Part shown: in pieces, positions 27,426 through 37,831 of the stretch
How the letters are laid out: each line of letters starts with the position of its first letter
How positions within the stretch are numbered: position 1 is the stretch's first letter
Assembly: GCA_028718785.1 (NCBI GenBank)
Contig: JAQULB010000003.1
Span: 8,788 to 72,787, forward strand
From: Minisyncoccota bacterium
Lineage (GTDB): Bacteria > Patescibacteriota > Minisyncoccia > Minisyncoccales > CG1-02-41-26
Direction of reading: 5' to 3'
Length of the DNA: 64,000 nt
Translations under genes and position numbers: made by a program
The notes under the pieces: model-generated
The model's input: only the letters and a program-made list of their open reading frames with translations
Told to the model about the DNA's origin: nothing
The model's database searches: none

Positions 27426-30400
27426 ATGACCAAAATATTTGAATCTGACATCGAAAAATTGGTATGCGAACTCCTCGGAGAACAGGGCTACACTTACCTT
27501 TCTCCAGAAGCCCAAGAAGCCGAACGCCAAAGTCTAGGTGATGTTTTGCTATTGAATCGCCTCAAAAATGCTATTGATAACATAAATCCCAAAATACCAC
27601 AAGAAGCGAAAGAACAAGCCCTCCGACAAGTCCGCAATCTCACAACTCAAAACTTGATAGACAATAATGAGTCCTTCCATCGAATGTTCACCGAAGGGGT
27701 AGAGGTTGAGTATATGGGCGAATATGGCATAAAAGGCGATAAAGTTTGGCTGATTGATTATGATAATACTGAGAATAATGAGTTTTTGGTCTGCAATCAG
27801 TTTACAGTCATGGAGAACAACATTACCAAACGCCCTGATGTTGTTTTGTTTATTAATGGTTTGCCACTTGTGGTTATTGAACTAAAGAATCCCGCCGATG
27901 AGAACGCAACCGTACATAAAGCATTTACTCAGCTTCAAAATTATAAAAACGCCATCCCGAGCCTTTTTCATTACAATAGCATTTTAGTTGCTTCTGACGG
28001 CTTTGACGCTACCGCAGGCACGATCTCATCTGATTTCTCAAGGTTCTTGGCTTGGAAATCAAGCGATGGCTCAAAAGAGGACAGCATGACCATTCCACAA
28101 ATTGAAACGCTCATCAAAGGGATGCTGAAAAAAGAGACGTTGCTTGACCTGATCCGTCAATTTATCGTGTTTGAAAAATCCAGAAAAGAGGATCTAGAGA
28201 CAGGGCTAACTTCGGTTGTCTCCATCAAGAAAGTTTCCGCTTATCATCAATATTTCGCAGTTAATAAAGCTGTTAGCTCAACTATCCAATCCACAAGTGA
28301 ATATGGTGACAGAAAAGCAGGTGTAGTCTGGCACACACAGGGAAGCGGAAAATCGCTTTCCATGGTGTTTTATACTGGAAAGGTAGTTTTGGCGCTTAAT
28401 AATCCGACTATCGTTGTAATAACCGACAGGAACGACCTTGATGACCAGCTTTTTGATACTTTTGCCAACTGCAAACAGCTATTAAGGCAGGACCCGGTTC
28501 AGGCGGAAAATAGAGAACACCTGAAAAGCTTATTGAAAGTTGCCGGCGGAGGGATCGTGTTTACCACGATTCAGAAATTCTTTCCTGAGGATGGTTCTAG
28601 TAGTTATGATCTCTTATCAGAAAGAAAGAACATTGTGGTTATCGCCGATGAGGCGCACCGAAGCCAATATGGCTTTGGCGCAAAAACGATCTATGACAAA
28701 AATAATGGTGTAAGGACGACTTATGGATTCGCTAAATACTTGAGAGATGCCCTGCCGAAAGCCTCTTTTATTGGTTTTACAGGCACACCTATCGAGAAAG
28801 AGGACGCTTCCACACCGGCGGTATTTGGCAATTACATTGATATTTACGATGTAGCTAGGGCAGTAGAAGATGGGGCGACTGTTCGCATTTACTATGAATC
28901 AAGGCTTGCTAAAGTCCACCTAAAGCCAGAGGAGAAAGCGAAGCTTGATGAAGAGGTAGAATCTATCACTGAAGGTGAGGAAAGCACAGCTAAAGAGAAA
29001 GCAAAGGCAAAATGGGCGCAACTTGAAGCTATTGTTGGACATAAAGACAGGTTGCGTATTGTTGCTGGTGACATTATAGACCATTTTGAGAAACGACAGG
29101 AAGCCTTTGATGGAAAAGGCATGATCGTCTGTATGAGCCGAAGGATTGCAGTTGAACTGTATCAGGAAATCATCAAGCTAAGACCAGATTGGCACGACAA
29201 GGACAAGAAAAAGGGAGCGATTAAGGTGGTAATGACTTCCGCTTCTTCCGACCCCGAAAGTTGGCAGATGCACAATACTACCAAGCAGGATAGAAAAGAG
29301 ATCGGCGAACGGTTTAAAGACCCTAACGATCCTCTGAAGCTCGTTATTGTCCGTGATATGTGGCTGACTGGATTTGATGTGCCTTGCTTACATACGATGT
29401 ATGTTGATAAGCCCATGCGTGGACACAATTTAATGCAGGCTATCGCTAGGGTTAATCGTGTTTTCAAGGATAAACCGGGCGGACTTGTAGTTGACTATAT
29501 AGGGATTGCGTCAGATTTGAAGATGGCTTTGGCAACTTATGCCGCAAGTGGAGGACAAGGCTCACCGACCCTTGACCAAGAAGAAGCTGTGGCAACAATG
29601 CTTGAGAAATACGAGATTGTCGTTCAGATGTTCGATCAGTTTGATTATACAAAGTATTTTTCAGCGACGACTCAACAGAAGCTCACTATCATTTTAGAAG
29701 CACAGGAATATATTTTAAGCTTAGAAGATGGCAAAAATAGGTTCATAAAGCAGGTCAATCTATTATCCAAAGCATTTGCCCTTTCCGTTCCACATCATAA
29801 AGCGATGGATATTAAAGATGAAATAGGGTTCTTCCAAGCGATAAAAGCCCGATTAATAAAATTTGAAACGACCGGAACTGGCAAATCCGACCAAGATATT
29901 GAAACAGCTATAAGGCAGATTGTGGATAGAGCAGTTGTAACCGAGGGGATCGTTGACATATTTGATGCGGCAGGTATTAAAAAGCCTGATATTTCCATAC
30001 TTTCTGATGAATTTTTGGCAGAGATTAAGGACATGAAGCGAAAGAACATTGCCTTGGAACTTCTGAAAAAGATTCTCAATGATGAGATTAGACTGCGAAT
30101 GAGAAAGAACTTTATCCAAAGTAAAAAGCTTTCAGAAATGCTCGAAAATGCCATAAAAAGGTACCAAAATAATCTTTTAACGACCGCTCAGGTGATCGAA
30201 GAGCTTATAAAGCTGGCTAAGGAAATAAGGGAATCGGACATGCGTTTGCATGAATTGAACCTTTCCGAAGACGAGATCGCATTTTATGACGCTTTATCTA
30301 ATAACGACAGCGCCAAAAAGGTTTTAGGCGATGACGCACTTCGGGATTTAGCAAGGCTTTTGGTCCAAAAAGTGAAGGCGAACACTTCAATAGATTGGAC

Positions 30401-30545
30401 TATAAAAGAAAGCATTCAAGCGAAGCTTCGGGTCATTGTCCGCCGAACACTACGCCAATACGGTTATCCACCGGATCAACAGTTATTAGCTACTGAGAAT
30501 GTGTTGAAACAGGCAGAACTTTTCGCGGATGATTGGAGTGATTAG
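27426..30545 (+). CDS. hsdR: Type I restriction enzyme R subunit (helicase-nuclease)
   Basis: 1039 aa. SF2 motifs HTQGSGKS (Walker A) and [12 protein letters not shown] (DEAH). N-terminal nuclease region. Confidence 0.85.
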   Translation: MTKIFESDIEKLVCELLGEQGYTYLSPEAQEAERQSLGDVLLLNRLKNAIDNINPKIPQEAKEQALRQVRNLTTQNLIDNNESFHRMFTEGVEVEYMGEYGIKGDKVWLIDYDNTENNEFLVCNQFTVMENNITKRPDVVLFINGLPLVVIELKNPADENATVHKAFTQLQNYKNAIPSLFHYNSILVASDGFDATAGTISSDFSRFLAWKSSDGSKEDSMTIPQIETLIKGMLKKETLLDLIRQFIVFEKSRKEDLETGLTSVVSIKKVSAYHQYFAVNKAVSSTIQSTSEYGDRKAGVVWHTQGSGKSLSMVFYTGKVVLALNNPTIVVITDRNDLDDQLFDTFANCKQLLRQDPVQAENREHLKSLLKVAGGGIVFTTIQKFFPEDGSSSYDLLSERKNIVVIADEAHRSQYGFGAKTIYDKNNGVRTTYGFAKYLRDALPKASFIGFTGTPIEKEDASTPAVFGNYIDIYDVARAVEDGATVRIYYESRLAKVHLKPEEKAKLDEEVESITEGEESTAKEKAKAKWAQLEAIVGHKDRLRIVAGDIIDHFEKRQEAFDGKGMIVCMSRRIAVELYQEIIKLRPDWHDKDKKKGAIKVVMTSASSDPESWQMHNTTKQDRKEIGERFKDPNDPLKLVIVRDMWLTGFDVPCLHTMYVDKPMRGHNLMQAIARVNRVFKDKPGGLVVDYIGIASDLKMALATYAASGGQGSPTLDQEEAVATMLEKYEIVVQMFDQFDYTKYFSATTQQKLTIILEAQEYILSLEDGKNRFIKQVNLLSKAFALSVPHHKAMDIKDEIGFFQAIKARLIKFETTGTGKSDQDIETAIRQIVDRAVVTEGIVDIFDAAGIKKPDISILSDEFLAEIKDMKRKNIALELLKKILNDEIRLRMRKNFIQSKKLSEMLENAIKRYQNNLLTTAQVIEELIKLAKEIRESDMRLHELNLSEDEIAFYDALSNNDSAKKVLGDDALRDLARLLVQKVKANTSIDWTIKESIQAKLRVIVRRTLRQYGYPPDQQLLATENVLKQAELFADDWSD

Positions 30546-30664
30546 CTAAAACCTTTTTGTTCTAATAATAACGTCGGATTGATAATACAAATTCATCAGA
30601 AAATAATGGTTGAAAGATTTATCTTAGTATAATCACATTCTTAATAATTAAGGATTGATATAAC

Positions 30665-31819
30665 ATGCATAATAATTCACAGACTATAAAGCCTCGAGTT
30701 TTTGTGAGTTCTGTTCTAGAGGGTTTTAAAGAATACCGAGAGGTAGCCCGTCAGTCTATAATTAATATTGGAGGAGAGCCGATACTTGTTAATGAGGACT
30801 TTCCATCGTTAATAAGTTCATCAAGGAATGTTTGCTTGGATGCAGTTGATAGCGCAGATGCTCTTGTTGTGATTGTTGGTGAACGCGGTGGATGGAAAAC
30901 CCCATCAGGAAGATTAGTTATTGAAGAAGAATACGATCGAGCACGTTATAAAAAACTGCCCATACTTGTTTTCATTCAAGATATAAAACGTGAGCCAGAG
31001 GCACAGAGATTTACGAATGAAATATCTGATTACATTGATGGGTTATTCCGGGTTACTTTTCGATCACCAGTAGAACTTAAGGCTGAAATAGAAAAGGCTC
31101 TAAAATCATTATTCCCCGTCTTAAAGGTGAAAGCTATGGATGATCATTTATTGATACAATTTTTAAAAAATCCTTATTCTGTCGCAAATGAAGCAAGCGT
31201 GCGTTTTATTATTGCTCCGGAACGAGATGAAGAGGTTATCGATCCTGTTGTTCTTGGGTCAGAAGATTTTGTCGAAACAATACTTGAGTTAGGGCATTCA
31301 AAGAAAGTCAGAATTTTTGATTATTTAAGACCAAAAAAGCATTGGATTGATGGGCAATCGCTATTTATTCATCAATTTGACCCATCAGGATTAAGAAAAG
31401 AAACTGTTAACGAAGTACGTCTGGAAATCTTAGAATCAGGTTTAATGATCATTGATTCAAATGTTACCTGTCGCGTGATTAGAGGGCAACTACATTCTTT
31501 GTTAGACTCTTGTGTTGTTGCAGAGGAAGATATTAGAGCAGTATTAAATACTTGCTTTCAATTTACAGGTGCTTTGTTTGATTCTATCGATCAGTTTAAA
31601 AGACATAATCGCTTTATGTATAATGCTGCATTAGTGAATATAGGAACTCGTGTATTAGTCAAGGAACCCAAAGAGCAAAATTCCTATTCTCTCAACATGC
31701 CAGGTCATAATCAACCCATTATTGCATTTGATAGTCCACGTTTATTGATACGATCTGATCTTATGCTTCCTAAAAATGAGATAGAAAGAGCGATTGTTAT
31801 TTTTTCACGCAAAATCTAA
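30665..31819 (+). CDS. DUF4062-like N-terminal domain protein (defence-island-type), with a C-terminal domain of unknown function
   Basis: N-terminal RVFVSSVLEGFKEYREVARQSIINIGGEPILVNEDFPS...DALVVIVGERGGWKTPSG fits the DUF4062 pattern (kVFiSSt...Re...i...gh.pv..e.f.a...cD..v.iig.rYG). Confidence 0.4.
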   Translation: MHNNSQTIKPRVFVSSVLEGFKEYREVARQSIINIGGEPILVNEDFPSLISSSRNVCLDAVDSADALVVIVGERGGWKTPSGRLVIEEEYDRARYKKLPILVFIQDIKREPEAQRFTNEISDYIDGLFRVTFRSPVELKAEIEKALKSLFPVLKVKAMDDHLLIQFLKNPYSVANEASVRFIIAPERDEEVIDPVVLGSEDFVETILELGHSKKVRIFDYLRPKKHWIDGQSLFIHQFDPSGLRKETVNEVRLEILESGLMIIDSNVTCRVIRGQLHSLLDSCVVAEEDIRAVLNTCFQFTGALFDSIDQFKRHNRFMYNAALVNIGTRVLVKEPKEQNSYSLNMPGHNQPIIAFDSPRLLIRSDLMLPKNEIERAIVIFSRKI

Positions 31820-31864
31820 GAATCCCATCTGTTTTGAGAACAACCCGGAGGTTATTGAGTCATT

Positions 31865-32572
31865 ATGATGATTAAAGATATTTATCCACCAATTGAAACA
31901 GCTATGGAATTAGAGCCAGAAGAATTGGCTCCTTTTGTGTTAAAAGATTTAGCAGATCAAAGGAGACTTAATCGGCATAATTTTACTTTAGGAAATAGTC
32001 CTGATTTTATCGAATATGCTGGTAATTATCGGGAGGAATTTTGTAAAAGACTTATGGAAGCTTGGATTTGGCTTGAAAAGGAAATGTTTATTGCACCAAT
32101 GCCGGGCGGTGGTGGCACGGATGAATTCTTTATTACTCGCAAAGGTAAAAAGATTCTTGATGAGCAGAATTTTGAATCATATAAAAAAGCGTCATTACTG
32201 CCATCAGAGAATCTTGACCCAATTTTAGTAAGAAAAGTAAAACCATTGTTTATAAGAGGAGACTATGACACCGCAATATTTCAAGCCTTCAAAGAAGTTG
32301 AAATAAGGGTTAGAGATAAAGCAGGATACACAGATAATGAAATAGGCGTTGCTCTTATGAGAAAGGCTTTTAAGCCAGATAATGGACCTCTTGCAGACCA
32401 GTCTTTAGAAGCTAGTGAAAAGGAAGCGATAGTTGCTCTTTTTGCGGGATCTATAGGCAAGTTTAAGAATCCATCAAGTCATAGAGATGTAGAATATACT
32501 GATCCGGGTGAGGTTGTCGATATAATTCATATAGCGAACCAGTTATTACGAATTTGTGATCGCTGTAGATAA
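31865..32572 (+). CDS. Hypothetical protein, possibly HEPN-like (TIGR02391/Ymh-like) at the C-terminus
   Basis: C-terminal ...FAGSIGKFKNPSSHRDVEY is weakly reminiscent of the HEPN RN..H motif (K replaces R). Low certainty. Confidence 0.3.
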   Translation: MMIKDIYPPIETAMELEPEELAPFVLKDLADQRRLNRHNFTLGNSPDFIEYAGNYREEFCKRLMEAWIWLEKEMFIAPMPGGGGTDEFFITRKGKKILDEQNFESYKKASLLPSENLDPILVRKVKPLFIRGDYDTAIFQAFKEVEIRVRDKAGYTDNEIGVALMRKAFKPDNGPLADQSLEASEKEAIVALFAGSIGKFKNPSSHRDVEYTDPGEVVDIIHIANQLLRICDRCR

Positions 32573-32652
32573 AATTTATGAAATGTTTTTGGAGAGCTTT
32601 CAAAAGAAATAACAGTATCAAATATTTATTTTATAGTTAGGTTTTAAGGAAA

Positions 32653-34788
32653 ATGCGGAAATCCGAAAAAATGTGTACTAATGAGATAATCAATGCTATT
32701 GAAGATTTGGCGAAGGAACCAGGATTTATATATTCCTTGGCAATAATATTGCAGCGAGACCAATTTTTAGACCCCGAAGAAGTAGCTGATATCAACTGGC
32801 ATGAACGGCTAATTTTCCAAGAGTTATCTTTTTTGGTTGGTCTAATGGTTAAAAATAAAATAGATTATTCTGTAATACCAACAGAAAACACTTTAACTAA
32901 TCAAATCAATAGGACTTATGAATTATTTCAGAAGTTGCATGAAAATCATTTGGCAATATTTGCGGATAAGCTTTCGAAGAAATATAAACAAAGTGTAGAG
33001 GATCAGAATGCTGAGGATAATTATAAAGATTTCATGGGAAACGGGGAATTAATGGCAGAGCCAATTTTTTATGGTGATTCTGGTGCCTATGATTTTCAAT
33101 ATTTGGAATTTGCACAGAAGAAATATAAAAATGACGAAACATGGATATATAAAAATAAAGGTATTACACTATCCATAGTGTCCAATATATATGCAACGTT
33201 AAAGAAACTTAGCGAAGAGAGGTGGCAGAATTTCCAAATACCGGAAAAATTTGAGGAACTCTGCAAGTCATCTCTATCAGTTTTTTGCTTTAACCAAAAA
33301 GATTTGGAATATTTTGATGTTGATGCTGTTAAAAATTTCATCAAAGCTTTTTCGGTAATTCCTGGTACTGTTAATCAAAATCTGAATTCTGTTGGGATGT
33401 ATAATGCTATTGATTCTCATCCTATAGTTACTCTTGCAGAGAATCTTTATTTTTTACCTGTGGGATTCAATTTTTCGCGATCCATCTACGAAAGTCCTTT
33501 TTACTGGATGAGTGACGATGATCTATATAGAGACACTGCTTTTAATAATAGAGGCGAGTCAGCTGAAAATATTGTCTATGAAATTTTGGAAGATATCTTT
33601 GGGAAGGAAAATGTCTACAAAGAAGTAAAGGTTTGTAGAAACAGGCAAGATTTAACAGATATTGACGTATTGGCCATAGCTGGCAATAAAGCCGTTATTG
33701 TGCAGGCGAAATCAAAAAAGCTTACGGAGCTATCTAAAAAGGGAGATGAGGCAAGGTTAAGAGCAGACTTCAAAGAAGCTGTTCAAAAGGCTTATAATCA
33801 AGGTTTGATCTGTCGTTCAGCAATTATAGACAAGAAAAATGATTTAGTAACAGAAGATGGTAAGAAACTTTATCTCAGTGAATTTATTGACGATGCCTAT
33901 ATTATCTGTATAACACTGGATCACTACCCAGCAATAACTCATCAATCGGATATTTATCTAGAGAAACAGCCACAGGATCCATACCCTTTAGCAATGAGTA
34001 TTTTTGATTTAGACATTATTGCTTTTTACTTAAAAGATCCTTTTGATTTTTTATACTATATAAGGCAAAGAGTTGCGTTAAGCTCTTATTATGAAGCGAA
34101 TTCGGAATTAGTGTTGTTAGGGAGTCATCTCAGACAAAAGCTATTTCCAAATCCTGATGTAGATAGGGAAGCTTTGGACGATGGATTTGCTCAACTAATA
34201 GATGCAAATTTTCCAGCTATGCGTGGTTATCAGCCAAAAACAAGTGCGGTAGAGAAATTACATCATCAATGGAAGAATGAGAAGTTTGAAAAACTTATTA
34301 ACCAGATAAAGGCAATAAAACAGCCGGGTCTTACAGATGCCCTGTTTTTCTTATATGATTTGGCTGGTAAGGGAGCTGATGATCTTATCTCCTGGATCGA
34401 AAAAACCATAGATAAAACCATACAAGATGGACGAATGCATTCTTTATCTATGGGTTTTGAAAACGGGAAAAGTGGAGTTTCTTTTATCTGTTTGCCAAAT
34501 TTTTCGGAAAAAATAAAAACACAGTTGGTGAGTTTTGCTTTAGCTAAAAAATATAAAACAAAGGCTGATATGTGGCTTGGTCTATGCTCTATTGCAGGGA
34601 GTTCTAATATTGTCGATGCTGTAACTTTTAACAATCAACCATGGGTAGAGGATAGCAACCTAGAAGAAATTTCTAAAATTGCTCTAAAAGCTGGTGTAAG
34701 AGCTGATTTGGATATTAAAAAAATCGGCAGAAATGATCCATGTATTTGTGGAAGCGGAAAAAAATTCAAGAAATGTTGCGGTAGATGA
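32653..34788 (+). CDS. Large protein with a PD-(D/E)xK / NERD-like nuclease motif and a C-terminal SEC-C zinc-binding motif
   Basis: ESAENIVYEILEDIF...LTDIDVLAIAGNKAVIVQAKSKK carries an E...D...QxK nuclease-like signature. C-terminal NDPCICGSGKKFKKCCGR matches the SEC-C motif. Confidence 0.45.
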   Translation: MRKSEKMCTNEIINAIEDLAKEPGFIYSLAIILQRDQFLDPEEVADINWHERLIFQELSFLVGLMVKNKIDYSVIPTENTLTNQINRTYELFQKLHENHLAIFADKLSKKYKQSVEDQNAEDNYKDFMGNGELMAEPIFYGDSGAYDFQYLEFAQKKYKNDETWIYKNKGITLSIVSNIYATLKKLSEERWQNFQIPEKFEELCKSSLSVFCFNQKDLEYFDVDAVKNFIKAFSVIPGTVNQNLNSVGMYNAIDSHPIVTLAENLYFLPVGFNFSRSIYESPFYWMSDDDLYRDTAFNNRGESAENIVYEILEDIFGKENVYKEVKVCRNRQDLTDIDVLAIAGNKAVIVQAKSKKLTELSKKGDEARLRADFKEAVQKAYNQGLICRSAIIDKKNDLVTEDGKKLYLSEFIDDAYIICITLDHYPAITHQSDIYLEKQPQDPYPLAMSIFDLDIIAFYLKDPFDFLYYIRQRVALSSYYEANSELVLLGSHLRQKLFPNPDVDREALDDGFAQLIDANFPAMRGYQPKTSAVEKLHHQWKNEKFEKLINQIKAIKQPGLTDALFFLYDLAGKGADDLISWIEKTIDKTIQDGRMHSLSMGFENGKSGVSFICLPNFSEKIKTQLVSFALAKKYKTKADMWLGLCSIAGSSNIVDAVTFNNQPWVEDSNLEEISKIALKAGVRADLDIKKIGRNDPCICGSGKKFKKCCGR

Positions 34789-34889
34789 GATACACATTTG
34801 ATAGACACTATCTAGCTAATATCTGATATTGGGGTCCTTTGCATAAAACCCCAGATAGTGATTTTGTCATAGCTTGTTTTTGATGAGTT

Positions 34890-35170
34890 CATCAAGGAGC
34901 TACGAGACAGGACAGTAGTATCGATGGATAACTCGACATTCCATAACAGTGAAAGCATTTGAGATGAAGATACCAGAATGGCAAAGTAAAGGACTGGAGA
35001 TATTTTATCTGCCGAAATATTCACCTCAACTAAATCTCATAGAGATTCTGTAGCGTTTCATGAAATATGAGTGGATAGAGTGTTGGGCATACAAGGGATG
35101 GTCATATCTTGTGGAATACGTCGAAATGGTTATTCGCGGATACGGAACTGAATATGAAATTAATTTTGGC
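34890..35170 (+). pseudogene. Remnant of an IS630/Tc1-mariner-family transposase (C-terminal DDE region only, with an internal stop)
   Basis: Translates to ...DNSTFHNSESI*...LEIFYLPKYSPQLNLIEIL*RFMKYEWIE, which matches the IS630 consensus DNasiH...LPpYSPdLNPIE. There is no upstream N-terminal part. Confidence 0.55.
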
Positions 35171-35501
35171 TAGGTACTTATAATTTAGAGGACTAATTTT
35201 ATAAAAAAGGTAAAATATATTTTGGAAGTATACGTGCCAGGTAGTGCCGATGATGTTTGGGTTACTTTCGAAACGTCAGAGCCGATATTAGGAATTAGTA
35301 AAGGAGATATATTAAATCCTGGGATTTGGGAAAATACACAATCTCCTATGAAAGTGCTAAAGGTGGTGAATTTAGAGCATTTAATTTGGGATGTCAAAGC
35401 TGAAAATTGTGTCAAACATAAACTAATGATTTTTACCAAAGAAGTCGAAGGAACTAGAAAATTGAGAATAGATGAATGACTATTCCTAAAAGGAAATTGG
35501 G

Positions 35502-35853
35502 ATGACTAAAAAAGAGACTAGAGAATCTGCGATGGATTTTGTAGAAGAACATGAGAGGAAGCGAGGTACGTTTATACGAAGGGTGGATAAAGATAAGGCA
35601 GAAGTTGGGATAGATATTTTATCTTCGGACAGGAGGATCGAGGTTAAGGGAAGAACAGGTACTGATAACTTTGTTCAGATGAATGATAAAAATGTGGAAT
35701 CCTGAAAACAACATGATAATTTTTGGTTATATATAGTTCATTTTGACAAATATGGTAATCCTAAATTAGCGACTTTGTCAAAAGAGCAGGTCTTGCAAAG
35801 ATGTAAGCCTCTTGAATGGTGGGAAATTCCTTTCAGAAAAGCCGATTTTAAGT
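35502..35853 (+). pseudogene. DUF3883-like (PD-(D/E)xK) domain gene interrupted by an in-frame TGA
   Basis: ...DRRIEVKGRTGTDNFVQMNDKNVES*KQHDNFWLYIVHFDKYGNP... The frame continues 49 codons past the TGA to the TAA at 35853. TGA is used as a stop elsewhere (hsdM, 36128 ORF), so recoding is unlikely. Confidence 0.35.
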
Positions 35854-36127
35854 AAGAAGTATTTTATGTAATAGGCAAAAACTCCATCATTCAAGGGAAA
35901 AAATAAATAGTATAACTTTTTGCTTGACGTTTGTAAATAAACGTGGTAGAAGATTGAGTATCTATATTATTGGAATGTCATATTGATCTCTGTGGCGATA
36001 TTTTAGCTTTCTTTGAAGAGAAAAACAATGATAAATACATGGGTTCTTTTCTTATATCTCGCTTAAAAACTATTTGGTTATATCACACTGTCCGTCTTTT
36101 ATGCATTTAGGGGAAGCCTAATAAACA

Positions 36128-37330
36128 ATGACTACAAACGTAAACAATCCCTTTTCTGCGAGTGCTTCGGTACTTGGTTATATGTATCAAATTCGGTATG
36201 CCTTACTGGAAAGTTTAAAACGATTACGAAAGAGTGAGGAATTCACCGTTTCTATTGAGACGTTAGACGATGTCGCTTTCGAGCCAGAAGGGGAACCAAT
36301 CGAATTATTGCAAACGAAACATCATATTAATCAATCCGCTGACTTAACGGACGCATCCCTAGACTTGTGGAAGACAATTAGGATATGGTGTGAAGGCATA
36401 ATTAATAATACTATTCCAAACGATGCCTTGTTTTTTCTGATCACCACAGCACAAGCGGCTGGAGGCAGTGCTGCTTTCTACCTCAAAACAGGTGAACCAC
36501 AGGACGCAGATAAAGCTCTTGAGCGATTAGTATCCACTGCTGAATCATCGACAAGTTATTCTTTACATCCTGCCTTTACCGCGTTTAAAAGATTAAATTA
36601 TGAGCAAAGAAAACAACTGGTTCAAAATGTGATTTTGGTTGATTGTGCCCCAACAATCACAGACCTTGATGTTGCGCTCAAAGAAGCGGTGTTTGGCTTT
36701 ACTGACAAACAATTCCTTGATTCATTTCTTCAGAGATTTGAGGGTTGGTGGTATCGTCGGTCAATAAAGCATTTAGCTGATGATCAAACTCAGCCAATAC
36801 TCAGCGAAGAATTAGAAGCCGAGGGGTCCCGCCTGCGAGAACAGTTCAAATTGGATTCCTTACCTATTGACGATGACATCATGTCTGCCAGCGTAGACGC
36901 TTCTGGATATGAAAATAAGGTATTTGTTCAACAGCTACGCCTTATTGAAATTGGCAACCCACGTATCCTACATGCAATTCGGAATTACTTCAGAGCCTTT
37001 GAGCAAAGATCACGATGGATACGAGAAGACCTTATTCTCGTTGGGGAACTTGATCGCTACGAAGACAAATTGGTGGAGGAATGGGAAATCTACTTTGAGC
37101 AAATGCGAGATGAAATTGGAGACGACGCAACAGAGCAGACCAAGAAAGAAGCAGCCCAAGCTCTATATAAATGGGTGGAGACCGGTTGCCATCATACAAT
37201 CCGACAAGGCGTTACAGAGGCGGCTATTTCACGCGGTTCTTATCAGATACTTTCTGACTGTCAAAAAGTCGGTTGGCATCTCAACTTTGCTGAACGCATA
37301 CGGCAGATTTTAGAGAGTAAGGAGACCTGA
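36128..37330 (+). CDS. Lamassu/ABC-3C effector-like protein (LmuA/DdmA-like, possible Cap4-type nuclease domain)
   Basis: First gene of a tightly coupled trio. N-terminal GYMYQIRYALLESL and ETLDDVAFEPEGEPIELLQTKHH are reminiscent of DUF4297/Cap4-type nuclease N-termini. Its stop TGA is 3 bp before the next ATG. Confidence 0.45.
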   Translation: MTTNVNNPFSASASVLGYMYQIRYALLESLKRLRKSEEFTVSIETLDDVAFEPEGEPIELLQTKHHINQSADLTDASLDLWKTIRIWCEGIINNTIPNDALFFLITTAQAAGGSAAFYLKTGEPQDADKALERLVSTAESSTSYSLHPAFTAFKRLNYEQRKQLVQNVILVDCAPTITDLDVALKEAVFGFTDKQFLDSFLQRFEGWWYRRSIKHLADDQTQPILSEELEAEGSRLREQFKLDSLPIDDDIMSASVDASGYENKVFVQQLRLIEIGNPRILHAIRNYFRAFEQRSRWIREDLILVGELDRYEDKLVEEWEIYFEQMRDEIGDDATEQTKKEAAQALYKWVETGCHHTIRQGVTEAAISRGSYQILSDCQKVGWHLNFAERIRQILESKET

Positions 37331-37333
37331 TTT

Positions 37334-37831
37334 ATGAAGCCTTGGTCCGAACGTTCCATTGAGGAAGCCAACCTTTTGAATCCAGCCTTCTGTTGCGCAG
37401 CTCTGGCAATGTCAATTGCTGGATATTCCGGTGTTAATGATGCAGGTATGCCATATCCATTGACCTTTATGGTTTTGCCAATCGTTCTTCACAAACAAAC
37501 ACGAGAAAGTCTTCCGCCATCTACGAGGACATCGCTTGCGGTTTGGATGCAAAATAACGCCGATGCCAAGGTTCTTTATGCGGAAAGATTGTTGTCACTA
37601 AAACCTTATACTCGAGAAGCAATCCAATTCGGACTGCTTTATGATTGGATTGCGCTACGTCATGGTTGGTTAGTGCAAACTACCTTTGAGGAGTCTATAT
37701 CAGCTCGAATACTTCAAAATCTCGATAATGAAGCAAAGGATTGTGTGTCTCGTGCAAAGCTTGTCGGGAAATGGTTTGCTTTGGCAGGATCGGCTCAAAC
37801 TGTAATGAATTTGTGGGGAATCCGTATATGA
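37334..37831 (+). CDS. Small middle component (LmuC/DdmB-like) of the trio
   Basis: 165-aa ORF wedged between the effector and ATPase genes. Its stop overlaps the next start (ATGA). Confidence 0.4.
   Translation: MKPWSERSIEEANLLNPAFCCAALAMSIAGYSGVNDAGMPYPLTFMVLPIVLHKQTRESLPPSTRTSLAVWMQNNADAKVLYAERLLSLKPYTREAIQFGLLYDWIALRHGWLVQTTFEESISARILQNLDNEAKDCVSRAKLVGKWFALAGSAQTVMNLWGIRI

Noticed and set aside
35502-35853. TGA-to-Gly recoding (genetic code 25) to explain the in-frame TGA in the DUF3883-like ORF
   Set aside because: hsdM (24629-24631) and the 36128 ORF (37328-37330) terminate with TGA at sensible positions and the long ORFs are intact under the standard code. Pseudogene or assembly error is more likely.
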